Shown piece by piece: positions 1 to 6,560 of a stretch of 56,614 bases of DNA. The translations under genes and the position numbers were made by a program. Under the pieces are notes generated by a model that made no database searches, was not told the origin of the DNA, and worked only from the letters and a program-made list of their open reading frames with translations. Positions within the stretch are counted from its first letter, which is position 1, and each line of letters opens with the position of its first letter. This DNA comes from a virus (lineage: Duplodnaviria > Caudoviricetes), in IMG/VR virus record IMGVR_UViG_3300030606_000008, positions 1 to 56,614 of that record; one strand, given 5' to 3'.

Positions 1-652
1 TTTCTATGCCTCCGGGCGTTAAGCAGTCGTCACCGTCTCCACGGTCGTACAAGACAAGTCCGGTTCATCCGCTTTCTATGCCTCCGGGCGTTAAGCAGAT
101 AGGAGGCTGTCACTACAGACGCTGACCTCTCGGCTGTTCATCCGCTTTCTATGCCTCCGGGCGTTAAGCAGCACACGAAGGGAGCCCTCAGAAAACATCA
201 GTGGTTGAGTTCATCCGTTTTCTATGCCTCCGGGCGTTAAGCAGGAAAGCAGCCGAATCCACCGGGGCCTGTCGATCGGGTTCATCCGCTTTCTATGCCT
301 CCGGGCGTTAAGCAGGGATAGTTCGCCGCTCCGTCTCCACACGCCCCTAGGGGGTTCATCCGCTTTCTATGCCTCCGGGCGTTAAGCAGAACGAAAGTCG
401 CACCTGGAGGCCGAGGGCGTTCACGTTGTTCATCCGCTTTCTATGCCTCCGGGCGTTAAGCAGATCCGCAGGAGCTCAGAGACAGACGTGAGCTCACGAT
501 GTTCATCCGCTTTCTATGCCTCCGGGCGTTAAGCAGAGTAAGCCGTCCGTAGACCGCCAGCAGCGAACGTGTTCATCCGCTTTCTATGCCTCCGGGCGTT
601 AAGCAGGCGCCGACCAGTTCATCCGCTTTCTATGCCTCCGGGCGTTAAGCAG
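1..652 (+). CRISPR. CRISPR array, truncated by the window start; 36-bp repeat GTTCATCCGCTTTCTATGCCTCCGGGCGTTAAGCAG, 9 full + 1 partial repeats, 9 spacers
   Basis: Repeats at 1-26 (partial), 63, 136, 209 (one C>T), 280, 354, 428, 501, 571 and 617. Spacers are 36, 37, 37, 35, 38, 38, 37, 34 and 10 nt. The hairpin (A)TGCC-TCCG-GGCG(T) followed by an 8-nt 3' tag TTAAGCAG suggests + strand crRNA and Cas6-type processing. The 3' half resembles the ...GGCGTTGAGCAC repeats of Myxococcus/Leptospira I-B-type systems (recalled, not searched). Confidence 0.97.
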
Positions 653-699
653 CCTTCGGGCGTTTATCGATCGATTTCTTGAAAAAGTCTGAGGCCCTA

Positions 700-711
700 A
701 ATTTCATTGAT
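700..711 (+). promoter_or_regulatory. Candidate phage late-promoter motif AATTTCATTGAT
   Basis: Lies 15 nt upstream of the GTG at 727. Similar AT-rich motifs precede other + strand starts (8088, 8369, 45126, 48711). Confidence 0.35.
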
Positions 712-726
712 GGCCGGTCTTAGACA

Positions 727-1104
727 GTGACCGAGTCAGTCCCTATCACATCAGCCTACGAGTACCTGCTTACGCAAGGGGTCCTAGGTGTTCTGTGTGT
801 CCTACTGATCTTCGCATTGGTCTGGACAGTCAAAAATCTGTTGAAGTCTAAAGACGAGCGGGTTCACGACCAGAAAAAATACACGGAGGCCTTGCACGAC
901 CTCAACGAGGCCGTTAGGGAGTTGGCTATTGAACTGAACAAGTCCAGTTCGACCATGACGCACGAGGTCCTTCGCAGTAATGACCTGACCCGAACTACAC
1001 TTGGGACCTTGGAGAAGTCGCAGGACAACGTAGCGAGGTCACTAGATAGCCTCAAAAACGAGCAAGTACGCCTGGGGGCGACATTGACCTCGAGGGGATT
1101 CTGA
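727..1104 (+). CDS. Putative holin-like membrane protein (single N-terminal TM helix plus coiled coil)
   Basis: Hydrophobic segment YLLTQGVLGVLCVLLIFALVWTV followed by a heptad-rich tail; the layout resembles BhlA/UviB-type holins. Confidence 0.5.
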   Translation: MTESVPITSAYEYLLTQGVLGVLCVLLIFALVWTVKNLLKSKDERVHDQKKYTEALHDLNEAVRELAIELNKSSSTMTHEVLRSNDLTRTTLGTLEKSQDNVARSLDSLKNEQVRLGATLTSRGF

Positions 1105-1289
1105 TGTCTTGGTGGAAATTTTGGAAAGATACCGGGAGGTCTGAAGCTGAGAGGGAATTTCAGAACCAGCTCAACGAGGCATTTCTCAACCGTGACGACT
1201 TGAGGGAGCTGGCTAGAAAGCTCAAAGAAGACCGCCTCCGACGACTCTCTGAAACGCAGAGAAGAAAACTCAACAGCCAAACCTCCTAG
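1104..1289 (+). CDS. Small basic hypothetical protein (MSWWKFWK N-terminus)
   Basis: TGATG overlap with the previous gene; amphipathic WWKFWK motif, then a charged helix. Confidence 0.65.
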   Translation: MSWWKFWKDTGRSEAEREFQNQLNEAFLNRDDLRELARKLKEDRLRRLSETQRRKLNSQTS

Positions 1290-1300
1290 GAACCCAAAGG

Positions 1301-1993
1301 ATGCTCAGGTCCTCCCCTTCTGAGACGGAACCCAAGATGGCCAGGAAAAAACACACGCTCACCCCGTTGAGCACCCACCGCATGGACAAGACCCTCTCGG
1401 ACATATCTCCAGAAGACTTGAAGAAGGCTCGAGAGATGTTCGTACAAGCAAAAGCAGCCCTGCAAAAAAAAGAGGACTCACTAGCGCCCCCACCCTCTGG
1501 AGACGACGACGTCACGGACCGCTATAGTACGACTAGCTCGGAGGACATCAAGCGTACGGGAGAGATAGCGTCTCAGTTCATCGAGGGTTTGGACAAGATC
1601 CAAGACGTACTCTTAGTGCTGGTTCTCAAGTTCGGTCGATCAACGACAATGCTCCTAGCCGTCCTCCTGGGACTCATACCTGTGACGACCCTACTAATCT
1701 GGAATCTGACAGTAGGGTACGGCCAGCAATACGACACCAAAGAGCTGATTCGTCAGCTAGAATCGATACAACGCGAACAGCGAGGTATCCTGAGGCAGGT
1801 CAATGAGGCTGTCAGTAGGGCTACTGCCGCCGAAGCTAAGGCCAAGGAGGCCAAGGAAGCTGCTCCTAAAGTCGTCATGGACGAGGCGGGTAATGCCAAG
1901 TTGGTGGTCAAGGGAGAAGGGTCTCCTACAGACCCCCCAACGAAGAAACCACAAAAGTTGAGTAGGGAGATCCAGATAGAATTGGACTTCTAG
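1301..1993 (+). CDS. Membrane-anchored coiled-coil protein (possible lysis accessory or spanin-like)
   Basis: Central hydrophobic stretch (MLLAVLLGLIPVTTLLIWNL) followed by a coiled coil; co-oriented with the holin-like gene. Function is inferred. Confidence 0.5.
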   Translation: MLRSSPSETEPKMARKKHTLTPLSTHRMDKTLSDISPEDLKKAREMFVQAKAALQKKEDSLAPPPSGDDDVTDRYSTTSSEDIKRTGEIASQFIEGLDKIQDVLLVLVLKFGRSTTMLLAVLLGLIPVTTLLIWNLTVGYGQQYDTKELIRQLESIQREQRGILRQVNEAVSRATAAEAKAKEAKEAAPKVVMDEAGNAKLVVKGEGSPTDPPTKKPQKLSREIQIELDF

Positions 1994-2319
1994 TCCTCGA
2001 TAATCCCATCGACTACGTCCATGTCGATGATGCGGCACTTCTCCCCATCGAAGTCGAACTCCGTACCATGGTGCTTGGGGAGAATGATTTTATCCCCTGG
2101 TTTGAGACTCACCTCAGCCCTACCTCCACCTTTGAGGCGTTTACCCTTACCGACGGCAAGGACTTCAGCCGTAGTGCTGAACTTCCCGTCTTTGGCGGTC
2201 CGAGGGATGTAGAGACCCCCTTCGGACTTCTCAGGGAGGGGGTCTTCTTTGATGAGGGCTTTACCGTCTAGGGGTTTGACTTGCTCAACGCCCGGAGGCG
2301 TAGAAGGGGGGTGAGTCAT
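1990..2319 (-). CDS. groES: Co-chaperonin GroES (Cpn10) homolog with a 12-aa N-terminal extension
   Basis: Cpn10 motifs KPLDGKALIK, mobile loop EKSEGGLYIP, EVLAVGKGK, LKPGDKIILPKHHGTEFDFDGE. SD AAGGA lies 7 nt before the ATG at 2319. Confidence 0.93.
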   Translation of the reverse strand: MTHPPSTPPGVEQVKPLDGKALIKEDPLPEKSEGGLYIPRTAKDGKFSTTAEVLAVGKGKRLKGGGRAEVSLKPGDKIILPKHHGTEFDFDGEKCRIIDMDVVDGIIED

Positions 2320-2377
2320 GTGGGAATCCTTAGATTTAGGAGTGCTTAACGCCCGGAGGCATAGAAAGGCGGTCTCA
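2281..2377 (-). CRISPR. Mini-array of two degenerate CRISPR repeats flanking a 25-nt spacer-like segment that contains the groES RBS and ATG
   Basis: 2342-2377 and 2281-2316 each match the array repeat (reverse complement) at 28/36 positions ungapped; 2343-2368 is a 26-nt exact match. The hairpin and the 8-nt tag position are kept in both copies. Confidence 0.85.
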
Positions 2378-2779
2378 TAGGTACGCTAGAGCGATCGCAT
2401 TGCAAGCGACGTGCATGAGGTTGTCTGTGATAATCATCAACCAGACTGCCAGGAAAGGGGGGGTCTCTGGGTTGTAACCTGTACCCTTACACATGGCCCA
2501 GGGTTTGGGCCAACCCTTTCGGGGCGAGAGGAAATTCTTTGCCCAGCAGACATAGCGAGCGAGCCTCCAGTGGTCGATGACTACATGGGTACCGAAGATG
2601 AATGCAAGGGCTACTACAGATTGTGTGAGAAGCCCAAAAGGGATCGTGTAGACTAGCCCATGCGCTAGAGCCGGTCCCCAACTGGAGACCTTGCGTTGCG
2701 CCATCCAATCACTTTGAGTGACGTAATCCCCTACGACATGTAGTACAAGTGGGGCTAGGTCTCCAAATAGTACTGTCAT
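2375..2779 (-). CDS. DUF3307-like membrane protein
   Basis: Motifs HVVGDYVTQSDWMAQRK, LAHGLVY, THVVIDHW and DNLMH with hydrophobic helices, as recalled for DUF3307. Confidence 0.75.
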   Translation of the reverse strand: MTVLFGDLAPLVLHVVGDYVTQSDWMAQRKVSSWGPALAHGLVYTIPFGLLTQSVVALAFIFGTHVVIDHWRLARYVCWAKNFLSPRKGWPKPWAMCKGTGYNPETPPFLAVWLMIITDNLMHVACNAIALAYL

Positions 2780-2824
2780 CTCTTATGCTTTACACCGAAG
2801 ATCTATTAGTCCCCCCGGCAAAGG

Positions 2825-3154
2825 GTGGATTCCTACGATGAGCGCTGGCAGCGTAACTTCGAAGCTTCCCAAAGGCGCCTAGCTCTCAAAAAACGAGCTA
2901 TCGGGCACATGGGGGGCCACTGCGCTCTCTGTACCTACGACAACCCTGTGGGACTAGCTTTCCACCATACCGACCCAGCCAGTAAGGACTTTGAGATTAG
3001 CTCGAGTATGAACTGGGACGTTGTCCGTCCTGAGCTAGAGAAGTGTGTATTGCTCTGCCACAACCACCATTCTGAAGTGCACGCTGGCTTCCACCCTGAG
3101 CTGCTGGTTCTAGACGATGCTGACAGGTGCTACGACCCTACCTGTGAGGAGTAG
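2825..3154 (+). CDS. HNH-type endonuclease (small, Zn-binding)
   Basis: CALC...LAFHHTDP...ELEKCVLLCHNHHSEVH, a typical phage HNH pattern. Confidence 0.8.
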   Translation: MDSYDERWQRNFEASQRRLALKKRAIGHMGGHCALCTYDNPVGLAFHHTDPASKDFEISSSMNWDVVRPELEKCVLLCHNHHSEVHAGFHPELLVLDDADRCYDPTCEE

Positions 3155-3158
3155 GGTG

Positions 3159-3386
3159 TCAGTGCTTGGTGTTCTGGTAGAACAGCCAAAACAAGACCTG
3201 TTTTATGGCGAACTCTCGGAAGGTGGAGATAGCCCCCAACAGGATGATCCCGAACAAGAGTACGAAGTCTCGGAGTATCGAGTCCGGTTGAACAGCTACG
3301 ACCAGGAGTAAGAAGAAGGTCAGGACCCAATAGAAGGCTCGACTGTGGGCATAGCTGTGCGACCAGGCTTGTTGTACTTTATCCAT
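3159..3386 (-). CDS. Small membrane protein (2 TM helices)
   Basis: Hydrophobic FYWVLTFFLLLVVAV and FVLLFGIILLGAI. Start taken at ATG 3386 (MDKVQQ), just downstream of the J-domain gene, rather than the ORF-track start 3539 which overlaps that gene. Confidence 0.55.
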   Translation of the reverse strand: MDKVQQAWSHSYAHSRAFYWVLTFFLLLVVAVQPDSILRDFVLLFGIILLGAISTFREFAIKQVLFWLFYQNTKH

Positions 3387-3402
3387 GCAGTGCTCTTGTA
3401 GT

Positions 3403-3990
3403 TCAAAAAGTATTTTGTTGCGGGGGGCTCGTCCACGGACGCTGAGATTGTATATAGGCCGAGAGGGCCTGGTACGACTGATGTGCAGCACGAAAGTCTT
3501 CGAGTCCCCCTCCCAGGTCTGGGTGGGTTTTCCGGGCAACCCGCTTCCAAGCCGTACCCAAGTCGAGTATAGTCGGAAGTGTCGTGAGCTCTAACAACTC
3601 CAAGTGAGACTTGACCAACGGCGTCAGTTGTCGTGGCCCCACAGGCTGTTTCAGGGCTCTGGGGGGCGGCCTTGGAACCACCTCTTCGAGTAATTTTATG
3701 ATCTCTTTTTTTTGTTCGAGGATACTTTGAGCTAGCGCTCGGTCTCGGAGCAAAAATTCGAACTCCACAAATCTCGAAGCTACCTCCTGCCACCAGGGTA
3801 CGAGAGCCTCTTTCGCTTTGTTGTCGATACAGCAGCGTCGAATAGCCGGCGCCAAATAACCCAGGATCCAATAGTCCCCATTTTTGTAGAATCGAAGTCG
3901 AGGTGTCAGTTTGTAGGTAGGGACCCTACACTTGCACCAACTATTCGCCCGCAAACCCAGAACTGGTTTGCGTTTCCAGTGGACGTGCAT
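3403..3990 (-). CDS. Protein with a C-terminal DnaJ-type J-domain (HPD motif)
   Basis: DLGTAWKRVARKTHPDLGGGLEDFRAAHQSYQAL fits helix II-HPD-helix III of a J-domain; G-rich SD-like AGGGGG just before the start. Confidence 0.75.
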   Translation of the reverse strand: MHVHWKRKPVLGLRANSWCKCRVPTYKLTPRLRFYKNGDYWILGYLAPAIRRCCIDNKAKEALVPWWQEVASRFVEFEFLLRDRALAQSILEQKKEIIKLLEEVVPRPPPRALKQPVGPRQLTPLVKSHLELLELTTLPTILDLGTAWKRVARKTHPDLGGGLEDFRAAHQSYQALSAYIQSQRPWTSPPQQNTF

Positions 3991-4130
3991 CACCCCCTAG
4001 GTACCCCGATTGGGACATGAAACAGGCAAATATCCCTAAAAAATATTGGGCTGTAGGGCCAAGTACGGGTTGGTGTAAATCGAAGCGTAGCGTCAGCGCG
4101 ATCAACCGAGCCAGGGCGCTCGGCAAAGAC

Positions 4131-5078
4131 ATGAGTATCTATGAGCAACAATCGCCGGAACGGTTAACACAGCCCCGCGGCAGCGAGCCGGCTAGCAGCG
4201 AGGACTGGGATCCAGACGGCTGGTCCTGCCCACGCGTACTTGGTGCGCTCTTTCCTGCCGGCAGTGCGCTCCCGTACGTACAGGCTGGGACGACTACATT
4301 TGACTTCGGAGATGGGAAGGGGCCGGTCCAGGCCCGTCGCCACAAGAACCCTGACGGAACTGAGGGTGGTTGGGTCGCTGACACTGCGACCGTCGCTGAG
4401 ACTGCTCACATAGGTCCATATGCCCGTGTCTATGGGCAAGCTAGAGTCTATGCCCAGTCCCAAGTCAGTGGCCAGGCCCGCGTCAGTGGCCAGGCCCACG
4501 TCTACGATCAGGCCCAAGTCAGTGGCGAGGCCTGGGTCTATGGCGGGGCCCAAGTCAGTGGCGAGGCCCGAGTCTTTGGCCTGGCCCAAGTCTACGATCG
4601 GGCCCACGTCTATGGCCAGGCCCACGTCTTTGGCAAGGCCTGGATCTATGGCTGGGCCCAAGTCAGTGGACAAACCTTCATCTATGACCGGGCCCAAGTC
4701 AGTGGCCGCGTCCGTGGCCAGGCCCAAGTCAGTGGCGAGGCCCGCGTCTTTGACCGGGCCCAAGTCAGTGGCGAGGCCCGAGTCTCTGGGTCGACCAGAG
4801 TCAGTGGTACTTCCAAAGTACTTGACTCTACTCTATGCCTAGGCACGTACAAAGACATCGATTGCGATCAAACACCTGATGTCATCAGTCTCAAGGGAAG
4901 CCTCGCTATTGTAGTAAAAGACCGAATCATCATTGAGGCCCGACACAAGACTTTGGAGGAGTGGGATCGGGAGCCCCCACCTGACTGGGACCGACTGCGA
5001 CCCCACGTCGCGTTGGTGCTCCCGAAACCTCCCCCGACTGAAGGGGTACACTTCCTCGATCAAGTCCTGGAACAATGA
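4131..5078 (+). CDS. Hexapeptide-repeat left-handed beta-helix protein, paralog 1 (with N-terminal extension)
   Basis: Many [AT]-x-V-[YFS]-[GD]-x hexapeptides between a TTTFDFGDG...NPDGTEGGWVADTA cap and a KTLEEWD...HFLDQVLEQ cap. Start uncertain (4017 or 4131). Confidence 0.8.
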   Translation: MSIYEQQSPERLTQPRGSEPASSEDWDPDGWSCPRVLGALFPAGSALPYVQAGTTTFDFGDGKGPVQARRHKNPDGTEGGWVADTATVAETAHIGPYARVYGQARVYAQSQVSGQARVSGQAHVYDQAQVSGEAWVYGGAQVSGEARVFGLAQVYDRAHVYGQAHVFGKAWIYGWAQVSGQTFIYDRAQVSGRVRGQAQVSGEARVFDRAQVSGEARVSGSTRVSGTSKVLDSTLCLGTYKDIDCDQTPDVISLKGSLAIVVKDRIIIEARHKTLEEWDREPPPDWDRLRPHVALVLPKPPPTEGVHFLDQVLEQ

Positions 5079-5905
5079 CGACGACTACATTTGACTTCGG
5101 AGACGGACCGGTACCGGCCCGTCGTCATCGCAATCCAGACGGAACTGAGGGTGGTTGGGTAGCTGACACTGCAACTGTCTCTAAAACCGTTCAGGTCAGT
5201 CCAGATGCTCGGGTTTTTGGCGCGGCCCAGGTCTGTCATATGGCCATAGTCTGTGACCATGCCCACGTTTCTGACCGGGCTGACGTCTGGGGGCAGGCCT
5301 ACGTCGGTGGCTTTGCCTGCGTCTATGGGGATGCCAGAGTTGGTGGCCTGGCCCGAGTTAGTGACCATGCTCGAGTCTGGGGTCATGCCGCTATTTCTGG
5401 TCAGGCTCAAGTTTACGGCCATGCCGAAGTCAGGGGAGAAGCCAAAATCTATGACGGGGCCAACGTCTTTGGCGAGGCCCAAGTTTATGGTGTGACCCGA
5501 GTCTTTGGCGAGGCCCGAGTCAGGGGCTTTGCTCAAGTCTTTGGACAGACTGAAGTCTATGGTCAGGCTCAAGTTTACGGCCAATCTAAAATTTACGGAC
5601 AAGCCCGAATCTATGACTGCACCATAGTAAGAGGTACTTCCCAAATATCTGACGTGTCTCTGCATACAGGTATTTATCACGGTATCCACTGCGGTCATTC
5701 ACCAAATGTCATTACTTTCAATGGAAATACGGCTATCGTAGTAGAAGACCAAGTCATCATTGGAGAGCAGCACAAGACGCTGAGAGAGTGGGATCAAAAC
5801 CCCCCAGCTAATTGGGACCAACTACGACCCATTGTCGTGTTGATGCTCCCGAAACCTCCCCCGACTGAAGGGGTGCACTACCTCGACCAAGTTTTAGAAC
5901 AATGA
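5075..5905 (+). CDS. Hexapeptide-repeat beta-helix protein, paralog 2
   Basis: ATGA overlap with paralog 1; same N- and C-terminal caps. Confidence 0.88.
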   Translation: MTTTTFDFGDGPVPARRHRNPDGTEGGWVADTATVSKTVQVSPDARVFGAAQVCHMAIVCDHAHVSDRADVWGQAYVGGFACVYGDARVGGLARVSDHARVWGHAAISGQAQVYGHAEVRGEAKIYDGANVFGEAQVYGVTRVFGEARVRGFAQVFGQTEVYGQAQVYGQSKIYGQARIYDCTIVRGTSQISDVSLHTGIYHGIHCGHSPNVITFNGNTAIVVEDQVIIGEQHKTLREWDQNPPANWDQLRPIVVLMLPKPPPTEGVHYLDQVLEQ

Positions 5906-6560
5906 CGACGACTACGTTTGACTTCAAGGACGGGAAGGGGCCGGTCCCGGCCCGTCGCCACCGCAATCCAGACGGAACTGAGGGTGGTTGGGTGGCTGAC
6001 ACGGCAACCGTCGCTGAGACGGTTCATGTTGGTTCGGATGCTCGAGTCTATGACCAGGCCCACGTTTTTGATCAGGCCGAAGTCTATGACCATGCCCAAA
6101 TTTATGGCGAGGCCCGCGTCCATGGCCAGGCCTGGGTCTATGGCGAGGCTCGAATCTGTGGGGATGCTCGAATCTGTGGGGATGCTCGAATCTATGGCCA
6201 GGCCCGTGTCGACGGTGAGGCCCAAGTTTATGGCTGGGCTCGAGTCTTTGGCCAGGCCGAAGTCAGTGGTAATACCAAAATTTTTGACATGGCCTTTATT
6301 GGATACTCTTTGGGTACTATGAAGGTGTCCTGATCACGGAAGATCCTAAATTAGTCTATGTCTCTAGACATGTGGGTGCAGCGATTGTGGGTAGTCAAGT
6401 CATTATTGAAAAAGAACGCAAGACCCTGGAGGAGTGGGATCGGGAGCCCCCACCTAACTGGGACCAACTACGACAGCACGTAGTACTAATGCTCCCGAAA
6501 CATCTAGTCGAGGGAGCCCATTACTTAGATCAACTCATGGAATTCAGTGACCATGTTTGA
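5902..6560 (+). pseudogene. Hexapeptide-repeat beta-helix protein, paralog 3, frameshifted near 6290-6305
   Basis: The frame from 5902 stops at 6333. The -1 frame reads WILFGYYEGVLITEDPKLVYVSRHVGA...HYLDQLMEF, collinear with paralog 4 (WVHFGHYRDVLITEDPKLIYISRHVMA). Confidence 0.8.

Noticed and set aside
27-570. Self-targeting spacers; 10-nt CCGTCTCCAC shared by spacers 1 and 5; 12-nt match of spacer 1 near 9986
   Set aside because: No long protospacer match was seen by eye and the short matches are within chance. A proper alignment is needed to exclude self-targeting.
2317-2341. Targets for the 25-nt mini-spacer (CCTAAAT at 696, TCCTAAAT near 6345, TCCTAAA at 12304)
   Set aside because: Only 7-8 nt seeds with poor extension, which is not enough to call a target.
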